This document shows positions 42,853 to 56,110 of a stretch of 64,000 nucleotides of DNA, piece by piece. Source of the DNA: an uncultured delta proteobacterium (GTDB lineage: Bacteria; Desulfobacterota; Binatia; DP-6). The notes beneath the pieces were generated by a model, which saw only the letters and a list, made by a program, of their open reading frames with translations, did not search any database and was not told where the DNA came from. The position numbers were made by a program, and so were the translations under genes. The stretch covers positions 1,728,001 to 1,792,000 of the forward strand of contig CAWFFN010000005.1 in NCBI GenBank assembly GCA_963815115.1. The letters are read 5' to 3'. Every line of letters begins with the position of its first letter. Within the stretch, counting starts at the first letter, position 1.

Positions 42853-44041
42853 GAGGTTCCTCCGTCTGCTGACTCTCAGTACGTGGCGTCCGCGACGTCG
42901 TCGATCCGTCTGGTACGCAGGTCACCGCGACCGGAGGTCTGGCGCAAGGGAGCAGGTTGCGACCGATGGCCGTCGGTGCGGTTGCGCCGCCGTCTGGCTC
43001 CTCGTCGCTCTCCATCCTTCGCGCGCCCCATCTCCCCGACTGGTCGTGATGCAAGCGGCGCACCAGCGGCCGGCGCTTCTCCCGATGCTCGCGAAGGGAC
43101 CGACGGTGTGGCGGCGTGCCGACGTTTCGGCACGTGCCGAGAGTTCGGCACCGGCCGCCTCGAACAGATCGCGGGTGCCGTGGCGGCGACCCGAAGCACG
43201 GGCGCGGCGAAGCGCTCGTTCGACGGTCAGTTCTCGCCGGCTGAATCTCCGCACTCGAACGCCTCCCGCCCCTCGGTGGCGTGCACGTCGTGATCGGTGG
43301 GCGACCTCGCTCCGTCGTGCATCCGACCCGTGCCTTCACGCGTAGTGAGCATGAATGAAGCCGTTTGACGGCCCGCGCGTGCTCCCGGACGGAGATCGCT
43401 TCGTGTAGCCGCCGTCCCCTGTCTCGGAGGCCAAGCAACCGACGGCCGCCGACGATCGCAGAGTTGCGGATCGTCGTCTACGACGACGGAGGGACATCCG
43501 CGCGCCGCGTGTCCCATGGATCCCGGCGGCCGGCGCGAGAGCTTCGCCGCTAGCTCTTCCGCGCCTTCATCCGTGCGTCCCGGACGCTTGCGATCAGTCC
43601 ATCGCGTCATTTGAACGTTCAGCCGGCGAACGCCGAGCTGCGTTTTGTCGCGACGCCAGGTCGCGGCCCGCTACCCGAAAAGTAGCGCCATGAGTACGAG
43701 GCGGATCCGCTTCGCACCAACGGGACCGATGCGCAGACACGACGTGTTCAGAGAGCAACTTCTCCGAGAAGAAGAATTCGCGGTGGTACGGCGAGTCGAC
43801 TGCGAGCGTGCTGGACGAGATCCGCGAGGTCCCGACGCGTCGCCGCACGAGCCCAGGCCATCGTGCTGCATGAATGTTCGATCCACGTGCGACGCGGACG
43901 CCATCGGGCGATCTGTCCAAACACGTCACCGGCCCGCACGCGAGGCACGACGGCCCCAGTTCACATGCGTGCGAGCGCGACCCCGGGAACGCCCGTAGGC
44001 GCGCCCCGTAGCCCGCGCATGGAAAGCGCAAGGAGAGTTGA

Positions 44042-44598
44042 ATGAAGAACTGGAACGCAATGGAGAGTCAGGCCACGCGTCGCATCCTGCTGATCGCGTG
44101 CTCCACTGCTCTCACCGCGGCGGTCACGGTCTCGGGGCCTCGGCCGGCCCATGCCGACCGTGTGACGCCGCCCGCCGTGCCCGCCGACATACGGGTGCAA
44201 GCGGGGAACAGGGCTTTCCTCGAGGGTCACGGCGTCGGCACCCAGAACTATATCTGCCTGCCGTGTCCCAACGCGACGACGCCTGCAACGAGCTGTCCCG
44301 ATGCCTCCGGCTTTGCCTGGATACTCTTCACACCGCAGGCCACGCTGCTCGCCGACAATCACAAGCCGGTCACCACCCATTTCTTCAGCGTCAACCCGAA
44401 CCCGGCCGACAACGGTGCGATTCGCGCCACGTGGCAGCACTCGCGGGACCTCGGCACCGTCTGGGGGGGCAAGGCGATCCCTTGGCGGGGTCGCGCCCTC
44501 GGAGGGATGCTCCGAGGTAGCGGACGTCGGCGCGAAGGCATTTGTGCCGTACACGGCCGACTACTTCTTCTACAAGGCGGACAACGGCCACAAGTAGG
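44042..44598 (+). pseudogene. DUF3455-family secreted protein with apparent internal deletion and frameshift at ~44483
   Basis: GHGVGTQNYIC ... AIPW joined directly to GGVAPSEGC...VPYTADYFFYK in another frame. Confidence 0.6.
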
Positions 44599-44712
44599 AT
44601 AGCTGCACCAAGGCGAACCGGTGTCGTGTCGCCGCCGCCGGGATACGCCCGGTCTTCGAGCGCGCGAGACGTGAGCGCGGTGCCGGGGCGGCAGCCCCGC
44701 GAACCATGGGCC

Positions 44713-45957
44713 TCACTCCCAGTCGAGGAAGTCGATCTCGCCGAGCGAGGTGGGTTCGTCTTGAAACAGGAAGACTGCGCGCTTACCGTCCGTCCAGTAG
44801 CGCGCGTTCATGAGATTGCGATGCGGCCGGCCGGCGGTCGCCTCCCCCATGCCGCGCACGTAGCCGACCGCCCGGACCGCTTGCGAGGTGACGAGGTCCT
44901 CCGTGAGCGCCTCGCGTGCCTCGTCGAGGTCCGGGTCGATGGCATGCGTCGTCAGGTTCCAGGTGCGCGGGGTGAAGTAGACGCCGATGTCGCGGCTGAT
45001 CGCCCCGAGCCACACGTCCCATCCGCGGAAACGCACCGGTGTCAGCCACAGGCGGAGGTGGTTGCGCTGGTGGATCGAGTCGCGCGCCTTCTGGAACCCA
45101 GCGTCCTGACGGCGCCCGAACACGTAGAGCGCGCTCATGGGCGAGTAGCGGTAGGGCCGGCCGAGAACGAACGCCTTGAACGTTCTCCACACGGCACCGG
45201 GTCCGAGGGCCTCCGTGATGGTCCAGCCTGCGGCAACGAGCGTGCCGCCCACCTCGTCGGAGGTGCCGATCAGGACGAAGTTCAGGGCGTCTCCGCATCC
45301 GGTGCCGTCGCGCCGCGTCGTGCACGGCGGGAATCGCTCGAGCACGCGCCGGAGGTTGCCCTCGTCGTCCAGGTCGACGACCTGGTCAGCGGCGTGGAGC
45401 GCGGCGAAGTCGACGGTATCGTAGTCCGTGCGGATCCCGGGAACGTCCACCACGTACTGGAACCTATGCGTCCGGCGTTCGCCGTAGAGCTGGACCGTGA
45501 TGAACTTGGTGCGCTCGTCGTGGTTCGTGAACACGAACCCTGACTGCGTCCGACCCGCCTGAATCTCCGCGTCGATCGCCTGCGACTCCAGGAACTCGTC
45601 CATGCGCCGGTTGTCGGCGGGGCGGAAGGTGCGGTGGGCCTGGTAGGCCGCCTCGCGAGCCGAGAAGTATGCGGGATCGACCGACGACGAGAGCAGGTAG
45701 AGAGTGGTCGGGCTCCGGTTCTCGATCTCGAGCCAGACCGGCTGGATGCCTCGGGCCGCCAGATCGATGCCGAAGTGCTGCTGGCTCTCGGTCGCTCCGA
45801 GGGCGGCGACGCTGACGCGCACCGGACCCTGTGTCTCGGTCTGGACCCGTGGCAGGAAGGTCGGCCGAGCGGGGGGGCGCGGGTGATAGGCGCTGCAGCC
45901 GACGAGCAGCACGAGCGCGCCGAGCCGGACCATTCGGTGGACGGTGGCGCGCGACAC
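44713..45957 (-). CDS. LssY C-terminal domain lipoprotein
   Basis: LLVGC lipobox; GDALNFV, YRYSPMSALY, RNHLRLW, THAIDPDLDEAR, WTDG. Confidence 0.75.
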   Translation of the reverse strand: MSRATVHRMVRLGALVLLVGCSAYHPRPPARPTFLPRVQTETQGPVRVSVAALGATESQQHFGIDLAARGIQPVWLEIENRSPTTLYLLSSSVDPAYFSAREAAYQAHRTFRPADNRRMDEFLESQAIDAEIQAGRTQSGFVFTNHDERTKFITVQLYGERRTHRFQYVVDVPGIRTDYDTVDFAALHAADQVVDLDDEGNLRRVLERFPPCTTRRDGTGCGDALNFVLIGTSDEVGGTLVAAGWTITEALGPGAVWRTFKAFVLGRPYRYSPMSALYVFGRRQDAGFQKARDSIHQRNHLRLWLTPVRFRGWDVWLGAISRDIGVYFTPRTWNLTTHAIDPDLDEAREALTEDLVTSQAVRAVGYVRGMGEATAGRPHRNLMNARYWTDGKRAVFLFQDEPTSLGEIDFLDWE

Positions 45958-46179
45958 GCGACTCTCAGCCGCCGACGTCGGTCACATCCGTCTCAAGCGG
46001 GAACTGCACGCTCGCGCGGCTGCGGCGTCGGTCTCGCCACGGCGGTGTCGGCGCGCGATGTCGCGTATCGACGGGCACGTCCAGGTCGCGCGCTTGATGG
46101 TCAGCACCGTCCTCCTGATCGCAGGGTCCTCGTCGACGCCGGCTTCGTCAATCTCGAAGGCGAACCATATGTGCGCACC

Positions 46180-46647
46180 TCACAGGTTGTCCGGGAAGGC
46201 GTTGTGGCACTCGAACGTGGCCACGCGGAAGCTGGTGGTCGCATTCGGCTCGATGCGCGTGATGCTCCCCGCCCCGTCGCTGCTCCCCGCCGGGGTGACG
46301 TGAGCGGTGTAGCGCAGCTCCACCCCCGGATCGTCGCCGGGTCCGGTGCCCGTCGGCGCGAGGGTGGCCACGATCGTGAAGCTCACACCGCCGCCGGCGA
46401 ACGAGGTGCAGGCCGAGCCCGTCACGGCGCTCGGCCGCGAGGGGATCGCCGTGGAGATGACCCCGGTAAATGGCTTGCACTTGTTCTTCTTCGGGAACTT
46501 GAAGCCCCGCAGGATGACGACGGGGTGATCCAGGGTGGGCGGAGGAGGGCCGGCGAGGAAGGCGGTGGCATCGAGACAGAGATCACCCGCCTGGGCCGCC
46601 GCCGCGAGCAGCCCCAAGACGAACACCGAAACGCAGATCGCTTTCAT
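46180..46647 (-). CDS. Secreted hypothetical protein (155 aa)
   Basis: RBS AAGGAGGA; signal peptide MKAICVSVFVLGLLAAAAQA; 4 Cys in mature part. Confidence 0.65.
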   Translation of the reverse strand: MKAICVSVFVLGLLAAAAQAGDLCLDATAFLAGPPPPTLDHPVVILRGFKFPKKNKCKPFTGVISTAIPSRPSAVTGSACTSFAGGGVSFTIVATLAPTGTGPGDDPGVELRYTAHVTPAGSSDGAGSITRIEPNATTSFRVATFECHNAFPDNL

Positions 46648-47149
46648 CCGAGTCCTCCTTGTCGGTCTGCGGCGCCAGCGCGCCGGCCGAGCGGGCGCGA
46701 CCCTATCCCACGTGGAGTCCTGGACGACAGGGGTTTTTCGTCCGTCGTCCAGCGTCTCGGTGGTCGGGCGCCCCGTGAGCTTGCTACGGGCGCACACGGC
46801 TCGACCCACCTGGAGGTTCGCCCAAGCCCGATCGCCCGTCCCAGCCCCTGCGAGCCGTCGCTCGCCCTCGCCGGCATCACGAGCGCGGCGGTCCAGGGCC
46901 GCAGTGCCCTGGGGCGGCCGGGCGCGGGTGCTGCAGATCGGGCGCGTGTCGGGCGCCCCCTGGGCTGATCCACCGGGCCTCGCCAGGTCCACCTCGATGG
47001 CTTCGACCTGCAGGCCAACGTCCACAGCGCCGCCAACAACCGCGACGGCCTCGAAGAGCTCGCCCGTCATGTGCGCCTCGACTGCGGCGCAGTGTTTCCT
47101 TGACCACCAGAAACCGCTCGTGGGACAGTCTCCGCCGGAGGAGACCGCT

Positions 47150-47449
47150 ATGCGCTGGATGCTCGCCCTCATGCTCGCGATGCTGGCCGCCGACGTGGCG
47201 TGCGCCGCGACGGCCGCCGACAAGTTCAAGGCCGCCGTCGAGAACAAGGTGGCCCCCCCGTTCGGGACCATCGCCTCGGGCAAGTGGAAGGCACTCTGTG
47301 TCTGCAATCCCACCGAACAGGTCGGGGTGCTCGAGAGCTTCAACGGCATCCCGAACCTGGGCATCACCTGCACCGTCCCCACCTTCACCGCCGAGGGCGA
47401 CTACTTCATCGGCAGTGCGTGCTACGACTGGACACCGGTCACGAAGTGA
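47150..47449 (+). CDS. Secreted hypothetical protein (99 aa)
   Basis: RBS GGAGGAG; signal peptide; CVC plus two further Cys. Confidence 0.65.
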   Translation: MRWMLALMLAMLAADVACAATAADKFKAAVENKVAPPFGTIASGKWKALCVCNPTEQVGVLESFNGIPNLGITCTVPTFTAEGDYFIGSACYDWTPVTK

Positions 47450-47566
47450 CGTCCGCGACCGGTGCGGAGGGGCGGCGGGCCGGTCGACGCGCCGGGTAGA
47501 CGGCTGGTGGGGCACGAAGAGCGAATACCCCCTTCGTGCGTCCTATCCTCATGCGATACTGCGCCC

Positions 47567-48064
47567 ATGCCGGCCACCGCGTTTGCCCACCCGATCCATG
47601 CCTCGTGCCATTGCGGCGCCGTGCGCATCGAGGTCACCCGCACGCCGCGCAAGCTCACGCAATGCAATTGCTCGATCTGCCGGCGCTACGGGGCGCTGTG
47701 GGCGTACTACACCCGCAAGTCGGTCAACATCATGGCCCGGGCGAACGCGCGCTCGGCCTATTCCCGGCGCGAGAACGGCCTGGAGTTCTACCACTGCCGC
47801 ACCTGCGGCTGCCTCACGCACTACGAATCCCCCGAGAAGGGCACCGACGGCAGGGTCGCGGTCAACGCGCGCATGATGGATCAGCTCGGGGTCGCCCGCA
47901 TCCGCATCAAGATGCTCGACGGTGACGCCACCTGGCGGACGCTGGACGAGTACGTGCAGCCGGAGCTCTTCATCTCGCCGACGAAGCTGAGGGACGCGGT
48001 GCGCGCGGGCACTCAATCCCGTCGGCGCGATCGTGTGAGATCAGCGCGTCGATCTCGGCCGTGA
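47567..48064 (+). CDS. GFA/CENP-V family protein
   Basis: SCHCGAV, CNCSICRR, CRTCGC. Confidence 0.85.
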   Translation: MPATAFAHPIHASCHCGAVRIEVTRTPRKLTQCNCSICRRYGALWAYYTRKSVNIMARANARSAYSRRENGLEFYHCRTCGCLTHYESPEKGTDGRVAVNARMMDQLGVARIRIKMLDGDATWRTLDEYVQPELFISPTKLRDAVRAGTQSRRRDRVRSARRSRP

Positions 48065-48190
48065 CTCACGTCGGTGCAGGAAGATGGCGCGCGCTTGCCT
48101 GGCACTGCCCAGATGACGGCAGCTCTGCCGGAAGGACGGCAGCGTCAAGCCACCGCTGCTGGACGACGCAGCACTGAAGCGCTAGCCACC

Positions 48191-48207
48191 TTGGCGCGAT
48201 GTTTGCG
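48191..48207 (+). promoter_or_regulatory. Sigma54 promoter upstream of non-heme haloperoxidase
   Basis: TTGGCGCGATGTTTGCG. Confidence 0.6.
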
Positions 48208-48311
48208 ATGCCAGTCGAACGAGCGTCGTCGGGGTCGAGAGAGGCCGCCGACGAGATCCGCGCATCACATCTCATCCGGATCGCCTGACGGCGGGACAAA
48301 GGAGAGGGGCA

Positions 48312-49136
48312 ATGGGTTCGATCACGACGAAGGATGGCACCGAGCTCTTCTACAAGGACTGGGGAACGGGACAGCCCATCATGTTCCATCATGGCTGGCC
48401 TCTCAGCGCTGACGACTGGGACAACCAGATGCTGTTCTTCCTCGAGAAGGGCTACCGCGTCATCGCGCACGACCGGCGCGGGCACGGTCGCTCGACCCAG
48501 ACCGCGACGGGGAACGACATGGATACGTACGTTGCCGACGTGGCCGAGCTCGTGGCCGCGCTCGATCTCCGCAACGCGGTGCACGTCGGCCACTCGACCG
48601 GTGGCGGCGAGGTCGCGCGCTATGTCGCCCGTCACGGCAAGGGACGCGTCGCCAAGGCGGTGCTGATCAGCTCGGTGCCACCGATCATGGTCAAGTCGGA
48701 ACGGAATCCTGGCGGGTCGCCGATGGAGGTCTTCGACGGCTTCCGCGCCGCGCTTGCCGCCAACCGCGCGCAGTTCTACCTCGACGTGGCGAGCGGCCCC
48801 TTCTACGGCTTCAACCGCCCGGGCGCGAAGGTGTCACGGGGAGTGATCGAGAACTGGTGGCGCCAGGGCATGATGGGCGGCGCCAAGGCGCACTACGACT
48901 GCATCGCGGCCTTCTCGGAGACCGACTTCACCGAGGACCTGAAGCAGATCGACGTTCCCGTCCTCGTCATGCACGGCGACGACGACCAGGTCGTCCCGAT
49001 CGCGGATTCCGGCCTGCTCTCCGTCAAGCTCGTCAAGCATGGAACGTTGAAGGTCTACGAGGGCTACCCGCACGGGGCGTTCACGATACACGCGGACATC
49101 ATCAACCCGGACCTCCTCGCGTTCATCCGGGCATGA
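48312..49136 (+). CDS. cpo: Non-heme chloroperoxidase/perhydrolase (alpha/beta hydrolase)
   Basis: [38 protein letters not shown]. Confidence 0.88.
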   Translation: MGSITTKDGTELFYKDWGTGQPIMFHHGWPLSADDWDNQMLFFLEKGYRVIAHDRRGHGRSTQTATGNDMDTYVADVAELVAALDLRNAVHVGHSTGGGEVARYVARHGKGRVAKAVLISSVPPIMVKSERNPGGSPMEVFDGFRAALAANRAQFYLDVASGPFYGFNRPGAKVSRGVIENWWRQGMMGGAKAHYDCIAAFSETDFTEDLKQIDVPVLVMHGDDDQVVPIADSGLLSVKLVKHGTLKVYEGYPHGAFTIHADIINPDLLAFIRA

Positions 49137-49186
49137 CCCGGCGTGTCGCTTCCCCCGATCTCGGTTCATTCAACTTGTCACCGTGA

Positions 49187-51428
<2,242 letters not shown>

Positions 51429-51695
51429 TCCCGGAGCACACGGAGAGCTCCCATGAGCATCACGCTTTTCGCTCCTGATCGGGGCCTACCAGGCCGCTGA
51501 GCAAAGCAATCACGACGATGCTGTCATCCCGAGTAGGTGTTCCGTCGACCAATGGCGCGATCACGTCACTGGACTCCGTTGGATGACGGCAATGGATCGG
51601 CAATGCAGGGCTGCGGCGTGCTCGAGCAACGCGATCCCGTCACCGGCACCTGCGTACCGCGCCCGTAGCCCACGACGACGACCATCCCACGTAGC

Positions 51696-51721
51696 TAGTG
51701 GGAGAGGGGGGACTTGAACCC
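51696..51721 (-). mobile_element. tRNA 3'-end remnant (tRNA-Leu-like T-loop plus acceptor strand); putative att site
   Basis: Minus strand GGGTTCAAGTCCCCCCTCTCCCACTA; no 5' tRNA half adjacent. Confidence 0.6.
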
Positions 51722-52064
51722 GACGCCCGCGAGCTCGACAACGTCATCGAGCACGCCAATGATCCTGGGCGACGGCCAATGGATCACGGTGGCCGACCTG
51801 CCACGCAGCCTGCGCGAGGGAGAGGTGGCGCTTCCGCCGGTGTGGGACGATCTGCGCGACGCGCTCATTGCCTACGAGAAGATTCACGTCGAGAACCCGC
51901 TGCGGCGCCTCGACAACGACAAGCGCCGGGCGGCCGACACTCTCGGCCTGTCGCTGTCATCGCTCTACCGGAAGATGAATGAGCTCGGAATCCCGCTCAA
52001 CCGAGGGTCGCCGCCGGGGTGGCGATTACGCCGGCGGATGAAGTATTCAGTGGTCAGCGTGTAG
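51722..52064 (+). pseudogene. C-terminal remnant of a sigma54-dependent (NtrC/Fis-family) activator
   Basis: RELDNVIEHA (end of AAA+ domain), ITVADLP, AADTLGLSLSSLYRKM HTH; N-terminus missing. Confidence 0.75.
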
Positions 52065-52290
52065 TGTTGGTTCCTTGCCCGTGTGCGGCATCACGCTCGC
52101 GTCGTGGCCCCTGCTTCGCGCGACGATCCTCATGCCACGACGACCGGGGAGGGGCCGCCTTCGGGACGGATCGCCCCCGGGCGCGCGCTGCGCCAGGCGT
52201 GGTCGGAAGGGCGACGGTGCTGCCCCCCATGCCTGGGAATCTGGGGAAGACAGGGGTCACCAAGCGCGAAAGCAGAGCGGAGGGTGCACG

Positions 52291-52884
52291 ATGATCAAGT
52301 GTCCAGTGTGCGGGTCCCACGTGCTCGGGGACGTCGCGGTCGAGCTGATGCTCGGCGGGCAGGCCCGGAGCTTCTGCTCGGCACGATGCGCCGACATGGC
52401 CCTGGCCGAGGGGGTGGCGCCCGCTGCGCCTCAGCCGCTCCCGCCCGTCCCGCGCAGGATCCTCGTCGCCGTGGACGGCTCGGGCCCTTCGGTGCGCGCG
52501 ACCGCGACCGCGGCCGCGTTCGCCGCCATGGCGCATGGCGAAGTGTTCGTGCTCTGCGCGGTCGATCCCGGCTGGACGGACATGCTGCGCATGGTTCCGA
52601 GGATCGGCGAGCTCGACCTGTCCGCGGAGGCCGAGGGCGCGCTCAGGGACGATGCCGAGGCCCAGGTCGCCCACTGTCGCAGGATCTGCGAGCAGGCCGG
52701 TGTTCCGGCCACGACCCGCGTGGTGTTCCAGCCGCCCGTCGAGGCGATCGTCGAAGCCGCCAAGAACGCCGACTTGGTGGTGATGGGGAGTCGAGGCCGG
52801 GGCGCGCTGACTGGCCTGGTTCTCGGCAGCCTGTCGCACCGGGTCCTGGGAGGAACGCGGACACCGGTGTTGGTAGTACACTGA
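52291..52884 (+). CDS. Universal stress protein with N-terminal TRASH/YHS-like Cys motif
   Basis: CPVCG...FCSARC; ILVAVDGS; DLVVMGSRGRG...LGSLS. Confidence 0.85.
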   Translation: MIKCPVCGSHVLGDVAVELMLGGQARSFCSARCADMALAEGVAPAAPQPLPPVPRRILVAVDGSGPSVRATATAAAFAAMAHGEVFVLCAVDPGWTDMLRMVPRIGELDLSAEAEGALRDDAEAQVAHCRRICEQAGVPATTRVVFQPPVEAIVEAAKNADLVVMGSRGRGALTGLVLGSLSHRVLGGTRTPVLVVH

Positions 52885-52968
52885 ACGGCGGCCACCTGGT
52901 CGCCGATAGCGACATTCGCAATCCGCGCGACGGCGACAGGTCGCGATCGGGTGCTGAGATCATGACCG

Positions 52969-53151
52969 TCAGCCAGGGACGCGGCCGCGACGCTCGGACC
53001 ATTCCTTCGCCTTCGCGATGGCGATCCGGATCGCGCGGCCTTCCTCATGGCCCTCTTCGAGGAGCGCGTTGGCGATCTCGATCGCCTTGGATCGAACGAC
53101 CTCGGGCAGGTGGTTCATGGAGCGCGGGTAGTAGGACGAGTTCCACGGCAT
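52969..53151 (-). CDS. Small YdaT-N/ChaB-like stress protein (60 aa)
   Basis: MPWNSSYYPRSMNHLPEVVRSKAIEIANALLEEGHEEGRAIRIAIAKAKEW. Confidence 0.7.
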   Translation of the reverse strand: MPWNSSYYPRSMNHLPEVVRSKAIEIANALLEEGHEEGRAIRIAIAKAKEWSERRGRVPG

Positions 53152-53243
53152 GCGTGACTGTGCCATTGCCTGCCCCGGCGCGCCACGCGATCTGCGACGG
53201 CGCGCAGCAGCAGCAGTAGTAGGGACCATTCGGGAGCGAGCCG

Positions 53244-56080
53244 ATGGCGGTTGGCAAGACCGGGACGCTCGAAGCTGGCGCATGCCCCGATCGCGCGCTG
53301 ATCGAGCGCGAGCTCACCACGATCGTCACCAGTCTGCTGTCGGAGCTGGGCTCGGTGCCGGGTCGACAGATCGGTCCCCGCGATTCGCTCGACCGCGATC
53401 TCGGGCTCGGGAGCCTCGAGCGGGTCGAGCTGCTGCTCCGGATCGAGCACGCCTTCAGCGTCCGGCTGGCGGACGATGTGATGGTGGCGGCGGACACCAT
53501 CGCCGACCTCGCCACGGCGGTGCTCGCCGGCGCACCCAAGAGACCCGAGGCGTTCCCGGTCGTCGCGCCGATAGGCGGCGAGGGCGTCGCCGCCCCCCGC
53601 TCGGCGCGGAGCCTCGTCGAAGCGCTCGTGTGGCAGGCGGAGCGTAACCCTGATCGGACGCACCTCCTGCTGCGTGAAGACGCGGGCGACGAACGGACGA
53701 TCACCTACCGCGAGCTGTGGTCGCGGGCGCAGGCCGTGGCGACGGGATTGCGGCAGCGGAACCTCGGGATTGGCGAGACGGTCTCGCTCATGCTGCGCAC
53801 CGAGGAGGCCTTCTTCGCGAGCTTCTTCGGCATCCTGCTCGCAGGCGGGGTGCCGGTACCGATCTACCCGCCGTTTCGGCTCGACCGGCTCGAGGAATAC
53901 GCGCACCGGCAGGTGGGCATCCTGCGCAACGCACAGGCCGCGCTGCTCATCACGTTCGACGAGGCCACCCGTATCGCTGGCTTGCTGCGCTCGCGCGTGC
54001 CGTCGCTGCGCGAGGTCGTGACCGTGGGTCGGCTCGCGGTGTCCGGGGGGCGCCCAGGCATGCACGCCCGCCAGCCAGGACCCCGCCTTGATCCAGTACA
54101 CCTCGGGCAGCACCGGGGAGCCGAAGGGCGTGCTCCTCTCGCACGCCAACCTGCTCGCCAACATTCGCGCGATCGGCGAGGCGCTGGATATCCGACCGGA
54201 CGATGTCGGGGTGAGCTGGCTTCCGCTCTACCACGACATGGGGCTGATCGGGACATGGCTCACGGCATTGTACTTCGGGCTGCCGATCGCGGTGATGTCG
54301 CCGCTCGCCTTCCTGTCGCGGCCGTCGCGCTGGCTGTGGAGCGTGCACGCGCACCGCGGCACCGTCTCGCCTGCGCCGAACTTCGCCTACGAGCTCTGCG
54401 CCGTGCGCGTTCCGGACGAGGACATCGTCGGTCTCGACCTGAGCTCGTGGCGGCTGGCGCTGAACGGGTCCGAGGCGGTGAGCCCCGACACCATCGATCG
54501 GTTCACGCGCCGCTTCGCTGCGTATGGCTTCCGCGCCGAGGCGATGTGCCCGGTGTACGGCCTGGCCGAATCGTCGGTCGCACTCACGGTGCCGCCTCTC
54601 GGTCGCCCGCCGCGCATCGACTGCCTTTCCCGGAACCCATTCCAGGCCTCGCGGCGGGTGGTGGCCGCGGCGGCGGGAGAGGCGACGCCGCTTCGCTTCG
54701 TCTCGTGTGGACGCGCGATTCCGGGTCACGATGTGCGGATCGTCGATCGGACCGGGCACGCGCTCGCCGAGCGCGTCGACGGACGCATCGAGTTCCGCGG
54801 GCCCTCCGTGACGACAGGGTACTATCGGCAGCCGGAGGCCACGCGCGCCGTCGTCCACGACGGCTGGATGGACTCCGGCGATCTCGGCTACCTGGCGGAC
54901 GGCGAGCTCTTCATCACCGGGCGCCAAAAGGACCTGATCATCAAAGGGGGGCGCAACCTCTACCCCGAGGAGGTCGAGGAGACGGCGGGCGGCGTTCCCG
55001 GCATCCGCAAAGGGTGCGTCGCCGCGTTCAGCGTTTCCGATCCTGCGCTCGGCACCGAACGCCTGATCGTGGTCGCCGAGTCGCGCGCCACCGACGCCGA
55101 GGCGCGCCAGCGACTGCGCATGGCCGTGATCGACCGGATCGTCGCGGGGCTCGGCATCCCGCCGGACACGGTGGTCATCGCGCCGCCGCGCTCGGTGCGA
55201 AAGACGTCGAGCGGCAAGATCCGCCGCGGGGCCACGCGCGACGCCTACCTCGAGGGGCGTCTCGAAGCCGGCCGCCTGTCGCTCGCCGGCCAGTGGGTAC
55301 GGTTGATCGCCCGCGATCTCGCGGCGCGCGCTCAGGGCTGGGCGCGTCGCGCAGGCGAGCTCGTGTTCGCCGCCTGGGTCGGCCTGGTGTTGCTGTTCAC
55401 GTTGCCCGTCCTCTGGCTCGCCGTGCAGCTGGCGTCCCCCGGACCCGCAGCCGACCGCGTCGTGAAGCAGTGGTGCCGTCTCGTCCTGCGCGCCAGCCTC
55501 TGCCCGCTGCGCGTGCGGGGGATGGAGCAGCTGAAGGGCATCGGCGCCGCGGTGCTGTGCGCGAATCACTCGAGCTATCTCGATTCGGTCGCGCTGCTGG
55601 CGACACTGCCGGCCGGGGTGCGTTTCGTCGCCATGCGCGAGCTGCTCGCGACACCGCTCATCCGAACGATCATCCGAAAGGTCGGGCATCTGACGGTCGA
55701 ACGCGCCGACGTGTCGCGCAGCCTCGAAGACGCGCGTAGCCGTGGTCGATGCGCTGGGCTCGGGAGCAACCTTGCTGGTCTTCCCGGAAGGCGGGTTCGC
55801 GAACGCCCCCGGCCTCCGTCCCTTCCGGCTCGGCGCGTTCAAGGCAGCGGTCGAGAGCGGCAAAGCCGATCGTCCCCGTGGCGATCGTCGGGACGCGTGC
55901 GATTCTCGGTGGCGGACGCACGCTTCCGCGGCGGGGCCGGATCGAGGTGACCATCGCGCCGCCCATCACCCCGCGCGGCGCGGGCTGGCCCGAGATGGTG
56001 CGGCTGCGCGACGTGACGCGGTCGCAGATCGCGGAGATCACGGGAGAATGGCCCGTCACGAGCCATCCGGGCGGTCGCAT
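53244..56080 (+). CDS. ACP + fatty acyl-AMP ligase + PlsC-type acyltransferase fusion; frameshifted, end approximate
   Basis: DLGLGSLERVEL; QYTSGSTG, SWLPLYHDMGLIG, YGLAE, SGDLG, KTSSGK; NHSSYLD, FPEG. Confidence 0.82.
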
Positions 56081-56110
56081 GACGCCGCGGTGCCGTCCCG
56101 AGCGCCTTTC

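Noticed and set aside
42853-44041. 1.2-kb gap that might hold an ncRNA or small genes
   Set aside because: No convincing ORF, repeat array or recognisable RNA motif by eye; needs an Rfam/Infernal scan
51696-51721. Intact tRNA gene
   Set aside because: Only the T-loop and 3' acceptor strand are present; no D or anticodon arm
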